The translations under genes and the position numbers were made by a program. From the NCBI GenBank assembly GCA_027371535.1, contig DAHXMV010000001.1, forward strand, positions 253,259-317,258: 64,000 nt of DNA, read 5' to 3'. Position 1 is the stretch's first letter; every line of letters starts with the position of its first letter. Under the pieces are notes generated by a model. It did not search any database and was not told where the DNA came from. It saw only the letters and a program-made list of their open reading frames with translations. Below, piece by piece: positions 1 through 10,856 of this stretch. This stretch comes from Candidatus Amesbacteria bacterium (GTDB lineage Bacteria > Patescibacteriota > Microgenomatia > CAZETR01 > Amesbacteraceae).

Positions 1-2198
1 TCAGCGGAAGAAAAGACCGGCCTGACCAACAAAGCGTTACCGTACATATATTCGTCATGAGGAGATATCATGTCTGTTCCAGAACCGGGGTAACCATATT
101 GGGAATAAGATTTTTCATCATCCGGATAATTGATATACAAAGGCTGCATCAGATAAGGGATCCCGGTGGCATACCAGTGCTTAGCCTGATCATAAGTATA
201 TTGGTGCAGACGCTCTTTAAGTTGGGAAAACCAGATGACAGAGTTTTGGTAAACAGAGTTGGCTGTCAGATGCCAAAAACCCAGGGAATGATTCATTTGG
301 GGAGTAAAGGTCAAAAGCTGCAGACTCCGGGTTAATTCTTTCTGCTGACTGTCGGTCATTGTTAGGGACGCATTAACAGGAGTTGCCGGCTCGGATCTGA
401 TGTTAAATTCCAAATTCGGATGCGGATAGCCGGAAGCTATCTGTGTTAACCCGGAATCCAACCAATATTTAATATAATATGCTTTATTGTCCCAAGGGAT
501 GGTGGCTTTGGTTGCATTATTACAAGTTCCATCAGATGAATTTATACAACTGTCACCCAGCCAACCCTGGGATTCCTGCAAATCGGTTCCTACCGACAGC
601 CAGTCCATCCGGCCGAAATTCAGGAAATCACCACTGAATGAATCCGAATAATTTTTGTAAGTCTGGCTGATAAAGTTATCCGGCAAATTATAAACCGGTG
701 AACTATGAGGAAAATGCCGGTTGTCAGTAAACACACAGTCGTCATTTTTTATACCCCTGAACGGACCGTAAGAACTTTTCAGCAGGTTTATCCAATCTGA
801 CACGACAGCCGGGGAAGACAAATTCAGATAATAATAAGGCGGGTAATCCCAGAAAGCATATTTGGTATTATCCGGGCTGTAGATGACGCCGGTACCGGCA
901 GGAAAGGCACTGATAACACGAGACGGGTTGTCCAAAACCGGAGTATTACTGTCAATTGGAAAACACCCAGATTCCGTTTCAATCCGGTGGCGAATTCCGA
1001 TAAGCGGATAAATACCCAATCTGTTTAAATTATTAAACAGATTGGCTAAACCCGAAGTGGTTTGGCCATTAATAGTTACGTCCGGATACATTATTTTATC
1101 GGTAGTAAAAGCGTCCATAGCCGGACAGGACTTATACGCACCGCCAAAACCAACACGACTTTTAGGGTAGGTGTAATTATTATAAGTGACCTTTCCCCAA
1201 AAGCCCGACCCGATAGTCAAACTGGACAACGGAATATGATTACTTATGAAATTATTGGCGACATTATTAATGCTCGCTGACGTGGATTGATCTCCGAATT
1301 CATTAGCGGATTCCCAGCCCACTCCGAAGGCATTGTATTGGGGGTTTTTAAAATAAAAGCCTTTGGAACTCAGGTACTGATAATATTTTTGGTACATATC
1401 AGCCACCGTATCACCTTTGATAATTGCCAGGGGCGCGGGGGCACCTTCCACATACTGGTCATGTTTCTTCAATACCATGCAGGTTTCCCCTATCGGACAG
1501 CCCGACTGGCCGTTTCTGGAGAGACGCAGCTTTTTGGTGTACGGCTGGAGATAAACAATTATCATCTTCTCCGACGGCAAAACAAAAATCGGGGTTCTCA
1601 GGCGACAAATATCAGATTCATAAAAATCTATGGAGGGAAGATTAAGCCCCATCTTGTTGGTCGGAGTAAAACAATGGCCGTACCCAAAGTCGGAATCAAG
1701 AAAATCTTCCAATTCCACCTGGTTGGCAGCTTCTACCATTCCCAGACCATAAATATGACCAACAATTTTCGTCAGCCGGATTTCGTACTTATCCGGTTCG
1801 CAACCTGAGGTACCCGGCTGACAAATAAAGGAGGGCGAGGTTGAACTCAGCAGTTCGTAAACCCCGGATGAAACCCCCGTATTCCCGATAACTTTTCTGG
1901 CGGTGACTCCATTTATATCCGCAGGTTTGGCACCGTAAAGCAGATTTATGTTCAACATGGAATCAATTGTAGAAACAGAAATAGCCGTACCGGCGGCTGC
2001 CTCTGAACTGGTATTTATCGGGGTCCGGAGATGGGTAACGGCAATTCCGATAACAAATAAACCAGCCAAAACCGGGAGGAGAAAAAGAAATGATTTCTGA
2101 AAAAACGGTGATGACATCCGGGGGCCAGGAAGGGGTGAATAACCGGACGACTGCGGATCGGATACACGAGCGGGTTTATCCAAGTCTATTTGATCCAT
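1..2198 (-). CDS. Membrane-anchored glycoside hydrolase family 31-like protein (partial, runs off window start)
   Basis: Not in the ORF track because there is no stop in the window. Manual translation from ATG 2198: MDQIDLDKP..., TM segment FLFLLPVLAGLFVIGIAV, RGIKNDD (KxD nucleophile-like), and a GH31-type C-terminal segment GIPYLMQPLYINYPDD...DEYMYGNALLVRPV. Confidence 0.7.
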   Translation of the reverse strand, partial: MDQIDLDKPARVSDPQSSGYSPLPGPRMSSPFFQKSFLFLLPVLAGLFVIGIAVTHLRTPINTSSEAAAGTAISVSTIDSMLNINLLYGAKPADINGVTARKVIGNTGVSSGVYELLSSTSPSFICQPGTSGCEPDKYEIRLTKIVGHIYGLGMVEAANQVELEDFLDSDFGYGHCFTPTNKMGLNLPSIDFYESDICRLRTPIFVLPSEKMIIVYLQPYTKKLRLSRNGQSGCPIGETCMVLKKHDQYVEGAPAPLAIIKGDTVADMYQKYYQYLSSKGFYFKNPQYNAFGVGWESANEFGDQSTSASINNVANNFISNHIPLSSLTIGSGFWGKVTYNNYTYPKSRVGFGGAYKSCPAMDAFTTDKIMYPDVTINGQTTSGLANLFNNLNRLGIYPLIGIRHRIETESGCFPIDSNTPVLDNPSRVISAFPAGTGVIYSPDNTKYAFWDYPPYYYLNLSSPAVVSDWINLLKSSYGPFRGIKNDDCVFTDNRHFPHSSPVYNLPDNFISQTYKNYSDSFSGDFLNFGRMDWLSVGTDLQESQGWLGDSCINSSDGTCNNATKATIPWDNKAYYIKYWLDSGLTQIASGYPHPNLEFNIRSEPATPVNASLTMTDSQQKELTRSLQLLTFTPQMNHSLGFWHLTANSVYQNSVIWFSQLKERLHQYTYDQAKHWYATGIPYLMQPLYINYPDDEKSYSQYGYPGSGTDMISPHDEYMYGNALLVRPVFSSA

Positions 2199-2275
2199 AA
2201 AATCTGTATTGTCCTGAGTTTTATTTATGGTAACAGTTCCCGTCAGGAGAGTCAAATCGGTTTTTCAGGTAAATT

Positions 2276-3559
2276 TCAGGAAATACGGCGATTCTTAATC
2301 AAACTGCTGACTGAACTGAAAAGTGAACCAGGATCGGACTGTTGGCGTTTTGCTTCTTCCCAGTCAAAAGGGCCGCGGACGTATTCGCGCATATCGGCCG
2401 GTTTTTCGGGCAATGATTGATTCATCATGCCGATTTCGTTGCCGTAATAAATTATAGGCACTCCGGGCTGATCTAATAATAATTTTGTGGCCCAGATGAT
2501 GTCGTCTTTGTTTCCCCGGCAGATTTCCCCCAGGCGCGCGCCGAAACTATTACCGTCCATACCGGAAAATTCATGACGGGAATTACCCTGGTCAATCAAC
2601 TGCTGCCGCTCCCGGGAGTCGGAAAGGAAAAACAAATCCACGGAATCATGATTGGTTAAAAATACAGTCCAGGAACACCCGGCAGGGGCCTGGCCGGTCC
2701 AGCGCCACATATCGGAAACCCCGGCGGTATTTTTAGAGGCGATAGCTGAAAGCATTTTGACTGCCAGGGGAAAATGCATCACTAGCTGGCATTCCCCCCC
2801 TTCACCGAAAAAAGCCCGGGCTTCGTCCGGCCAACCCCCGGCTTCGGCCAGCAGAACAGTTCCCGGGTATTTTTGATCGATATGCCGGCGCAAATCTTTC
2901 AAGATTTGGTGGGTTTCGGGCAGTCCGAAACAGTAGGTGCCGTCACGTTTGACCAACCGGGAAACCGCGTCCAGACGGAAACCGTCCACTCCCCTGTCCA
3001 GCCAAAAATCCATGACGCTTTGCAAGGCATTTTTAACTTCGGGATTGTCCCAGTTCAGATCGGGCTGTCCGGGATAAAAAGTGGCGTAGTAATAATCGCC
3101 GGTTGCCTGATTGAAAATCCAGTTTTTACCGTTTTTTTCGGGATGGTCGGCAAAATGGACAAAAGCCTGGGGAAAGCGGTCACGGTTGTCACTCCATAAA
3201 TACCAATTGCGTTTGGGGTTATTTTTTGACGAACGGGCTTCTTTAAACCAAGAGTACTGGTCCGATGTATGGTTTAAGACCATATCGATAATGATTTTCA
3301 GGCCATCGGTATGAGCGGTAGCCACAAACTGGTCAAAGTCGGAGAGAGTGCCCAGGGTCGGGCGGATATTCTGATAATCCGAGATGTCATAACCGCCATC
3401 TATTAAAGGAGAAGGGTAATGCGGTAATAACCAGAGGGTGTTGACGCCCAGGTTTTTAAAATAATCAAGTTTGGATGTCAGGGCGGAGAAATTACCGGCA
3501 AATTTATCGACATAAAGCTCATAAATAATTGCTTTTTCGAACCAGTTGGGAGAAAGCAT
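2276..3559 (-). CDS. GH13 alpha-amylase family protein (trehalose synthase/alpha-glucosidase-like)
   Basis: Motifs DGGYDISDY, DMVLNHTSD, GVDGFRLDAV (nucleophile), LAEA (acid/base), FLTNHD, YYGNEIGM. Confidence 0.9.
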   Translation of the reverse strand: MLSPNWFEKAIIYELYVDKFAGNFSALTSKLDYFKNLGVNTLWLLPHYPSPLIDGGYDISDYQNIRPTLGTLSDFDQFVATAHTDGLKIIIDMVLNHTSDQYSWFKEARSSKNNPKRNWYLWSDNRDRFPQAFVHFADHPEKNGKNWIFNQATGDYYYATFYPGQPDLNWDNPEVKNALQSVMDFWLDRGVDGFRLDAVSRLVKRDGTYCFGLPETHQILKDLRRHIDQKYPGTVLLAEAGGWPDEARAFFGEGGECQLVMHFPLAVKMLSAIASKNTAGVSDMWRWTGQAPAGCSWTVFLTNHDSVDLFFLSDSRERQQLIDQGNSRHEFSGMDGNSFGARLGEICRGNKDDIIWATKLLLDQPGVPIIYYGNEIGMMNQSLPEKPADMREYVRGPFDWEEAKRQQSDPGSLFSSVSSLIKNRRIS

Positions 3560-3614
3560 CTTAAAATAAGTTTAGCAGATTTGATAGCCGAGGAATAAGT
3601 ATGTTATAGCCTAA

Positions 3615-3950
3615 TTGAAAATATGGATCAGGTTATGTGGTCTTAGACCCGATACCGAGTGGTCAGCAACCAATCCGGCAGACCAGGGTGATGCAAGGTG
3701 GAACATTACCAAAGGCTTAAATTACCAAGAGTATTCAGATCACAGAAACCTAACACCGTCGGGCCATGGGGAATTAACCTTCTTAGGCCAGGGTGTTAGG
3801 GTAATGTTTATCCCTGATTATCAAAATAATGTTTGGGGTGTAAGTGTAGACAGGGATCAGGAATTACATTCGGAAGAAATTCAAGGACGGTTTAGCAAAT
3901 TGAAAACTGCTTTTACTGAAGCAGGTTTCCCGGTTATTGAGTCGAAGTAA
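3615..3950 (+). CDS. Hypothetical protein
   Basis: 111-aa ORF filling the gap between the GH13 and GH57 genes; start uncertain, no motif recognised. Confidence 0.45.
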   Translation: MKIWIRLCGLRPDTEWSATNPADQGDARWNITKGLNYQEYSDHRNLTPSGHGELTFLGQGVRVMFIPDYQNNVWGVSVDRDQELHSEEIQGRFSKLKTAFTEAGFPVIESK

Positions 3951-5178
3951 TTATTTTTTTTGGCGTAATCTTCTTTGATTTACTGACTGCTTCCAGGCGC
4001 ATGCGGATATCCTGGAGGACATTCATGAAGGCGATAAAGGCTTCGTATGGCGATTCATAAGGATTAAAATACTTGTGCACATCACCGTCGGCAAACCATT
4101 TAGTACACATGTAGTAAAAATGGTCGGATGTCTGCAACTTTCGCCAGTCAGATATAAGCTGATTGTCTCTGGTCTTTAAAATAGCTGATTCCAGGGCAAA
4201 CAATTTGCCGGCAGCATCATCCTGCATGGGATTACCCAACCAAGCGGAGACGTCCCTTTCGATATCCGCCCAGGACACAAAAAACGGAAAATCGAGTTCG
4301 CCCACAGCGGGGAGTTTCTTAACCGCCTCGGACGGGGTGACAAAGTAATTGTCCGGATGCTTTAACAACTCGCCCGGCAGATATCGCATAAATTCAAATA
4401 TCCCGGTATCTTCCCACTGATGTTCGCCAAAAGTTTCATAATCCATGAAAAGGTTGACGATATCCCCGGAACCGTTGACAGCCGAAACCCACCGGGCAAA
4501 TTTCGGAGCCGTCAAGGGATACTCGCTCCAACCCCGGGTGGAGAAACGAAAAGCAATATCATCGGAAAGTTTGAAATTTTTAAGCAACATCTTTATTTTT
4601 TGAGTACCCACCGGGCGGTAAAGGAAATTGGGGCTGCGCCAACCTAAAATATGCTCCGCACCTTCAGCAATAATACCCGTGTAACCCATTTTTTCCATAT
4701 ACCGACCCAGCTCGTTGTTGTAGATTAATTCTGTATTTCTGAAGACTTTAGGTATCTGATGAAAGAGAGTTTTGACCTTCTGATCGTGAAGCCTGACCTG
4801 GTGGGCAAATTCGTCTTTGGAATAGAGAAAGGACAGAGAGTGATAGTAGGTTTCGCTTAAAATTTCCACCCGGCCGGTGGCCGCCAGCTCCCGGAAAGAA
4901 TCTAAAGTTTCGGGAGCATATTCTGCCAGCTGGTCCATAACCACTCCAGACAGTGAGTATGCCAATTTCAACCGGGGGTGGCGGTGTAAAAGTTCCAAAA
5001 AAAGACGATTGGCTGGCAAATAAGACTTTCGGGCAACTTTTTGAAGAATTTCAAGATTATTCAGACGGTCACCGGGAGGGCTGTCGAAATATTCATGGCT
5101 GTTGCCAATATCAAAGACCCGGTATTTTCTAATCCGGTATGGTTGATGAACCTGGAAGTAAAAACAGATAGCGCTCAT
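3934..5178 (-). CDS. Glycoside hydrolase family 57 (alpha-amylase-like)
   Basis: GH57 motifs FQVHQP, ETYYHSL, FRNTELIY, MDYETFGEH, SWAD, QTSDHFYY. Confidence 0.93.
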   Translation of the reverse strand: MSAICFYFQVHQPYRIRKYRVFDIGNSHEYFDSPPGDRLNNLEILQKVARKSYLPANRLFLELLHRHPRLKLAYSLSGVVMDQLAEYAPETLDSFRELAATGRVEILSETYYHSLSFLYSKDEFAHQVRLHDQKVKTLFHQIPKVFRNTELIYNNELGRYMEKMGYTGIIAEGAEHILGWRSPNFLYRPVGTQKIKMLLKNFKLSDDIAFRFSTRGWSEYPLTAPKFARWVSAVNGSGDIVNLFMDYETFGEHQWEDTGIFEFMRYLPGELLKHPDNYFVTPSEAVKKLPAVGELDFPFFVSWADIERDVSAWLGNPMQDDAAGKLFALESAILKTRDNQLISDWRKLQTSDHFYYMCTKWFADGDVHKYFNPYESPYEAFIAFMNVLQDIRMRLEAVSKSKKITPKKIITSTQ

Positions 5179-5222
5179 CTAAACCCTGAAACAACTAAAC
5201 TAACAAAGTACCAAGTATTATA

Positions 5223-6428
5223 TTACTTTTTACGGGAAAGCACTTTTTTGTAGACGTCGATGGTTTTGGAGGCCGCGGCAGACCAGGAAATCTTTTTAAC
5301 TTCAGCCTTACCATTAACTTTTAAGGCGGTGTGCAATGAAGGATAGTTGAGGACGGAGATAATCTGATTGGCCATTTCTTCCACGTCCCAAAAATCCACT
5401 TTTAGGACATGACCCAGGGCTTCGGAAGCGCCGGATTGTTTGGAAATAATGGCCGGAGTACCGGCAGCTACGGATTCCAGGGCCGTAATACCGAATGGTT
5501 CTGACACCGAAGGCATAATGAACAAATCAGCCGAACGAAAAGTCTGGGTGAGCAACTTTCCCCGTAAAAAGCCGGCGAACATTACCCGGTCTGAAAGACC
5601 CATCTGGATGGTCTGGTTGATAAGCTGACTTTCCATGTCCCCGGAACCGACAAACAGAAAAACGGCGTTGGGGAAATACTCCAGAGTGCGTTTGGCGGCT
5701 TTTAATAAATAATCCGGTCCCTTCTGCAGCGTCAACCGGCCGACGAATAAAACCACTTTAAAACCTGCGTCTTTTAAAGTCTGCAGAGGGTTGGCGTCAT
5801 CGACAGGAATGTCAAAATCCGCGGTGTTAACACCGTTATGGACAACATCAACTTTTTCCGGATGAATCTGATAATAGGTATTTAGTAAGTTCTTGGTAAA
5901 TTGAGAAACTGCAATTACGGCGCTGGATTTATCCATGCCGTGTTTTTCCACAGCATAGACTACAGGATTTGTGCCATTGCCGCCGGAACGGTCAAGTTCA
6001 GTGGCATGAACGTGGGTTATAAGCGGCCGGTCGGAGACATCACTGGCTACCACACCGGCCGGAAAACAGAGCCAGTCATGAGAATGAATCAGATCAAACT
6101 TACCTTTTTTAGCAATAGCTGCCGCCCGTTTGGCGTACAGATGGACAGCTGCAACCAGATCACGGGCCAGTTCGGGGTTGACACCCGGTGGCAGGAGTTT
6201 TAGTGTGTCATAGGGGTTTAACTGAAAATCCGGCCAACTGAAACCTTCGAGATCCGCAAAAACCAGTTTCATAAAATCGGCTTTGACATTAACTCTTTGG
6301 GGCAAAACGAAGGTGATTTCCACATTCTGATTTGCCAGTGCTTCAGTTAAACCGTAGCAGGCGGTTCCCAAACCTCCGCTATTATACGGAGGTAATTCCC
6401 AACCAAACATCAGCACCTTGAGGGGCAT
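5223..6428 (-). CDS. GT4 glycosyltransferase (glycogen synthase-like)
   Basis: Motifs GWELPP..SGGLG, HSHDW, FVGRLTLQKG, SEPFGITALE; adjacent to GH57. Confidence 0.9.
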   Translation of the reverse strand: MPLKVLMFGWELPPYNSGGLGTACYGLTEALANQNVEITFVLPQRVNVKADFMKLVFADLEGFSWPDFQLNPYDTLKLLPPGVNPELARDLVAAVHLYAKRAAAIAKKGKFDLIHSHDWLCFPAGVVASDVSDRPLITHVHATELDRSGGNGTNPVVYAVEKHGMDKSSAVIAVSQFTKNLLNTYYQIHPEKVDVVHNGVNTADFDIPVDDANPLQTLKDAGFKVVLFVGRLTLQKGPDYLLKAAKRTLEYFPNAVFLFVGSGDMESQLINQTIQMGLSDRVMFAGFLRGKLLTQTFRSADLFIMPSVSEPFGITALESVAAGTPAIISKQSGASEALGHVLKVDFWDVEEMANQIISVLNYPSLHTALKVNGKAEVKKISWSAAASKTIDVYKKVLSRKK

Positions 6429-6470
6429 TATAAATATAATATATACTTATTGGCATAAGAGTAAAGTAGT

Positions 6471-7286
6471 ATGAAACTGATATTTGACATCGGCGGGACC
6501 AAGACCAGACTGGGTTTATCACCCGACGGATCGACAATTTCCACGGTGGTTGAAATGGACACTTTACCCGATCCCCAAAAGAACCTGGCGGCCATGTCCG
6601 GAGAGATAAAAAAAATGGCAGGCAGGGATAAAATCAGTGTCGGGTGCGGGGGGGTTGCCGGGGTACTGGATGCCAATAAAAGCGGGTTATTAAAATCTCC
6701 GAATCTGACCGGTTGGGAAAATTTCCCCCTGAAAAAAAATATCGAAAAAATTACCGGAGTGAGAGTATATCTCGTTAATGACGCGGCCATGGAAGGACTG
6801 GGTGAAGCTACCATGGGTGCGGGACGGCGGAAACAAACGGTGGCTTACTTAAGCATAGGAACCGGAATAGGCGGGGTCAAAATTCACGACGGAAAAATCT
6901 GCCCCGCAGCAGCGGGGTTTGAACCCGGACACCAGATAATCGACTGGGGCGGAAAAGCAGGCTATCTGGAACACTTTGCCAGCGGCCGGGCGATGGAGAA
7001 AATTTTTAACAGAAAACCTGAGGAAATTGACGAACCGGAAATTTGGGAAAAGGAAACCCGATTACTGGCCATCGGGATCCACAACGCTATCGTTTTTTGG
7101 TCACCTGAGATGGTGATTTTAGGCGGGGGTCTGATGCAAAAGATAGACCTGGAATATCTCAAAAATCTGATCCGGGAAGAACTGATTATTTTCCCAGTGC
7201 TACCGGAGATTGTCAGATCTGAGTTGGGAGAGAAGAGTGGCTTGTACGGAGCTCTGGCATACCTGAAGACGGTTTCCGATTTTTAG
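6471..7286 (+). CDS. ROK family sugar kinase
   Basis: Motifs DIGGTK, NDA, GTGIGG, EPGHQ, ILGGG. Confidence 0.88.
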   Translation: MKLIFDIGGTKTRLGLSPDGSTISTVVEMDTLPDPQKNLAAMSGEIKKMAGRDKISVGCGGVAGVLDANKSGLLKSPNLTGWENFPLKKNIEKITGVRVYLVNDAAMEGLGEATMGAGRRKQTVAYLSIGTGIGGVKIHDGKICPAAAGFEPGHQIIDWGGKAGYLEHFASGRAMEKIFNRKPEEIDEPEIWEKETRLLAIGIHNAIVFWSPEMVILGGGLMQKIDLEYLKNLIREELIIFPVLPEIVRSELGEKSGLYGALAYLKTVSDF

Positions 7287-9681
7287 CGGCAGTCTTTTTT
7301 CCGTTAACCAAAGCCCAGTCCAAAACTTCATCCAGCTGGGTGGCAAAATGAAACGCCAGATCCTTTTTAACCGTGGCCGGAATATCTTCCAAATCCTTTT
7401 TATTATCCTTAGGAAGGATGATCTGCCTGATGCCGGCCCGATGAGCGGCAATGACTTTTTCCTTTAAGCCGCCAATTTCCAAAACCCGGCCCCTCAGAGT
7501 AATCTCACCGGTCATGGCGGTATCCCGGCGGGTAGGCCGGTTGGTTAGGGCAGAGACAATGGCGGTGGCAATAGCAATCCCGGCCGAGGGACCGTCTTTG
7601 GGCACGGCGCCTTCGGGAACGTGGATATGGATGTCGGTTTTTTTGTAAAAATCGCGGGTTAATCCCAGTTTTTGCCAACGGCTTCTGATGAAGGAATAGG
7701 CGGCTTTGGCAGATTCTTTCATCACGTCACCTAACTGACCGGTAAGCTGTAAATCTCCCTTACCCGGCATGAGAGCGACTTCGATAAACAAAATATCTCC
7801 TCCCGCCTCTGTCCAGGCCAGGCCGGTACTCATACCGACTTCGTCCTGTTTCTCAGCCAGAGTTTCGGGAATTTTCTGAGGACCCAGGTATTTATGAACA
7901 TCGGTTAAACTGATGGTTGCGGTGACTTTCTTTTTTTCGGCAATATGTCTGGCAATTTTACGGCAGATATTGGCAAGCTGTCTTTCCAGGTCACGAACTC
8001 CCGCTTCACGGGTGTAGCGCTGGATGATTTCTTTTAAGGCAGCGTCTTCCAAAACATAAGTTTTCGCCAAACCGTTGGATTCCAACTGCTTGGGCCACAA
8101 ATATTTCCTGGCAATTTCAGCTTTTTCATCCAGAGTATAGCCGGCGAAATTGATGACCTCCAGCCGGTCTCTTAAGGCGGGGGGGATAGTGTCTAAAATA
8201 TTTGCCGTGGTAATAAACATCACTTCAGATAAATCAAATGGGACTTCCAGATAGTGGTCTGAGAACTCACGATTTTGCTCGGGATCCAAAGCTTCCAATA
8301 ATGCCGAGGAAGGATCGCCGCGATAATCACTGGCTAATTTGTCGATCTCGTCCAGCATAAAAACGGGATTTTTAGTACCGGCATTTTTAACCCCCTGAAT
8401 AATCCGGCCGGGCATGCTGCCGACGTATGTCCGCCGATGCCCGCGGATTTCCGCTTCATCACGTATACCGCCCAGTGAAACCCGGATGAATTTACGACCT
8501 AAAGCCCGGGCGATGGATTTTCCAATTGAGGTTTTGCCGACCCCGGGAGGACCGACAAAACACAAGATAGTCGGGTGGGTGCCGCTCTCGGTTTTGTGGC
8601 CTTCTGCCTGGCCTTTCAGTTTCATAACAGCAAGATATTCCAGGATCCTTTCTTTGGCCTTTTTAAGCCCGAAGTGATCTTCCTCCAGGACTTTAGCGGC
8701 TTTATCCAATGAGACATGACTGCCGGTAGTCCTGTACCAGGGCATATCCACCAGCCAGTCCAAATAACCCCTGATATAACTGGACTCGGGATTATGGATA
8801 CTCATCTGATCCAGACGGGACAGCTCTTTTTCGGCTTTTTTCCGGACATCAGGGGACATCTTGGCCAAACGGATCTGTTTTCTCAAAGCGCCGATCTCGT
8901 CATCTTCATCCACTTCATCAGAACCCAGTTTTTCCAATTCTTCCTGAATAGTTTTTTTACGCTCTCTTAATACCTGTTCCCGCATGCCTTTTTCAAACTT
9001 GGCATGGGTTTTGCTGGAAATAGATTTTTCCAGCTCCAAAACTTTGATTTCGTGAACCAAATTTTGTAAGACCAAATCCAATCTGGCCTGGATATTCAGA
9101 GTCTCCAATACCTGCTGCTTGATTTCAGTTCTGACCTCCAAAGAGTTGGCTACCTGATCTGCCAGTTCGGGAGACGCCACCCCGGCCATCAGCCGCATAA
9201 ATACCGGAAATTCAACTGATTTACCGAGATTAAAGGCATTTTTAAATTCGGCGACCAATTGTCTGGCCAAGGCGATCACCTGATCGCTTTCGGTCACATC
9301 CTCGGCAATTTCCTGAACCTGGGCAGTGAAATGCGGGTCGGTACCGATAAAATGGAGAATTTTAACCCGGGATATACCTTTGACCAGAGCCAATAATTCA
9401 TTACCATACGGGGCGACCTGTTCAATAGTGCAAAGGGTACCGATATCATATAAATCTTCCGGCTGGGGATTAGCGGTGGAATTTTTTTGAGCCACCAGGA
9501 CAATTTTTTTATCAGCTTTAATTGCGGCTTCAATCGCCGAATTGCTTTTGGGCCGGCCGAAAGTCAAATGAGCCTCAGTATGGGGAAAAACCACACCCTC
9601 CCTGAGGGCAACCAAAGGCAGAGTCTGAGACTCATCAGTCAAGTGGGGTTTGGCAGATATTTTGGATAAAGTAAAAGCCAT
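7213..9681 (-). CDS. lon: ATP-dependent protease La
   Basis: LON N-domain, Walker [14 protein letters not shown], catalytic PKDGPSAG and GGLKEK. Confidence 0.97.
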   Translation of the reverse strand: MAFTLSKISAKPHLTDESQTLPLVALREGVVFPHTEAHLTFGRPKSNSAIEAAIKADKKIVLVAQKNSTANPQPEDLYDIGTLCTIEQVAPYGNELLALVKGISRVKILHFIGTDPHFTAQVQEIAEDVTESDQVIALARQLVAEFKNAFNLGKSVEFPVFMRLMAGVASPELADQVANSLEVRTEIKQQVLETLNIQARLDLVLQNLVHEIKVLELEKSISSKTHAKFEKGMREQVLRERKKTIQEELEKLGSDEVDEDDEIGALRKQIRLAKMSPDVRKKAEKELSRLDQMSIHNPESSYIRGYLDWLVDMPWYRTTGSHVSLDKAAKVLEEDHFGLKKAKERILEYLAVMKLKGQAEGHKTESGTHPTILCFVGPPGVGKTSIGKSIARALGRKFIRVSLGGIRDEAEIRGHRRTYVGSMPGRIIQGVKNAGTKNPVFMLDEIDKLASDYRGDPSSALLEALDPEQNREFSDHYLEVPFDLSEVMFITTANILDTIPPALRDRLEVINFAGYTLDEKAEIARKYLWPKQLESNGLAKTYVLEDAALKEIIQRYTREAGVRDLERQLANICRKIARHIAEKKKVTATISLTDVHKYLGPQKIPETLAEKQDEVGMSTGLAWTEAGGDILFIEVALMPGKGDLQLTGQLGDVMKESAKAAYSFIRSRWQKLGLTRDFYKKTDIHIHVPEGAVPKDGPSAGIAIATAIVSALTNRPTRRDTAMTGEITLRGRVLEIGGLKEKVIAAHRAGIRQIILPKDNKKDLEDIPATVKKDLAFHFATQLDEVLDWALVNGKKTAAKNRKPSSGMPELRTSHSSLPTQI

Positions 9682-9708
9682 AGTTCTTGAATATTTAGCA
9701 GTCTAGCA

Positions 9709-10164
9709 TTAAGAGTGACAAGAGTCAATCCGGGAAAAAAGCGAGATAAGAAGAGATATTACAAAACCTCCTAAAACATCTGTCAATGTATGCACACCGG
9801 CGATAATCCGGCTAAAAGCCGTCAGAAGACTTAAAAATACTAATATAAAGCCAAATTTCCTCTCCCTGAGAAATACCGGGAGCGACAGGCCAAAGGCAAT
9901 GGCCGTATGCAGGCTGGGAAAAGAGCCGTCGAGCAAATAGGGAATCAGGGGGGTGGTCCCGGAAACAATATAGGGGCGGGGAACATAGAACAGATTTTTT
10001 ATCACCATGCCAAGGACCAAGGCAACACCCGCACAAACCAAGGAGGTCAACAGTAACCGGGTGCGGCGGTATTTCAGCCAGTTTGAGAGAACCAGAAACA
10101 CGAGTGCAATCAGGAGATAATTTCCCGAATTTGCCACCAGTTCGTCTATAGTCAGCATATACAT
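9709..10164 (-). CDS. PAP2 family membrane phosphatase (undecaprenyl-diphosphatase-like)
   Basis: K...PRP, SFPSLH and SRIIAGVH..DV motifs. Start moved to ATG 10164, which forms a TAATG overlap with the upstream stop. Confidence 0.85.
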   Translation of the reverse strand: MYMLTIDELVANSGNYLLIALVFLVLSNWLKYRRTRLLLTSLVCAGVALVLGMVIKNLFYVPRPYIVSGTTPLIPYLLDGSFPSLHTAIAFGLSLPVFLRERKFGFILVFLSLLTAFSRIIAGVHTLTDVLGGFVISLLISLFSRIDSCHS

Positions 10165-10805
10165 TAATGTATGATCAGCCGGGTTGGGGAGTCTCGGGTA
10201 TCCGTCCAATAGTAAAGCTGCCGGGCGGCTTCGATAGGCATATCAATACATCCGAAACCCACCCGATAGCCAAAGTCCTGGTGCCAATAACTGCCACGGA
10301 AGCTGAATTTATCAGTAAAGTATTGGGAATACGGAACATTGGGCAAGTAATAATAGGTTTGGTTTAAATGACTGCCACCCTCCAGAGTGACTGAAGGATA
10401 TTTATTCAGGATATGAAAATTTCCCACGGGAGTCCGGTTGTATAAACCCGTAGATACCGGGGTCTGTAAAAAAATATTACTCCCCTGGCGGGCAATCAAA
10501 ATCTGTTTGGTCAAATCAATTTCTATCCATTTTTGGCCGGAGGCTGCTCCCAGAACAGTTTTCGGACTGTCAGAGAAATTTCCGGCAATTACCTGCGTCG
10601 GAGTGAGGCTTTTATCCATCCAAAAAGCGACAGTCTGATTAATATTATGAGTATAGTTAACCGGGACACAACCTAAATATTTTTGCGGGTCGGTGATGGT
10701 TTCCAACCCCAATTGCAAACCGACTATCAGGGAAATACCAATAATTATAAACAAGAGAAAAAAACCCAAAGTGTGCCTCGTGGACCGGTTAATCATGACT
10801 AACAA
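10164..10805 (-). CDS. L,D-transpeptidase (YkuD)-like protein with degenerate catalytic motif
   Basis: N-terminal TM, WIEIDL..Q, VSTG...TPVG, YYLPNVPY. The HG...SHGC motif reads RG...GFGC. Confidence 0.8.
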   Translation of the reverse strand: MLVMINRSTRHTLGFFLLFIIIGISLIVGLQLGLETITDPQKYLGCVPVNYTHNINQTVAFWMDKSLTPTQVIAGNFSDSPKTVLGAASGQKWIEIDLTKQILIARQGSNIFLQTPVSTGLYNRTPVGNFHILNKYPSVTLEGGSHLNQTYYYLPNVPYSQYFTDKFSFRGSYWHQDFGYRVGFGCIDMPIEAARQLYYWTDTRDSPTRLIIH

Positions 10806-10856
10806 CTATCAATTTAAAGTGAAAATTACAGCCAAAGCAAGGACCAAAAATCTGGC

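Noticed and set aside
57-1808. Plus-strand ORFs in the track (57-335, 1062-1280, 1287-1808, 1424-1645)
   Set aside because: They are antisense shadows of the long minus-strand GH31-like gene. The same applies to most short ORFs overlapping recognised genes elsewhere.
7213-7286. 74-bp convergent overlap of lon and the ROK gene
   Set aside because: It involves only the non-conserved Lon tail and is common in compact genomes.
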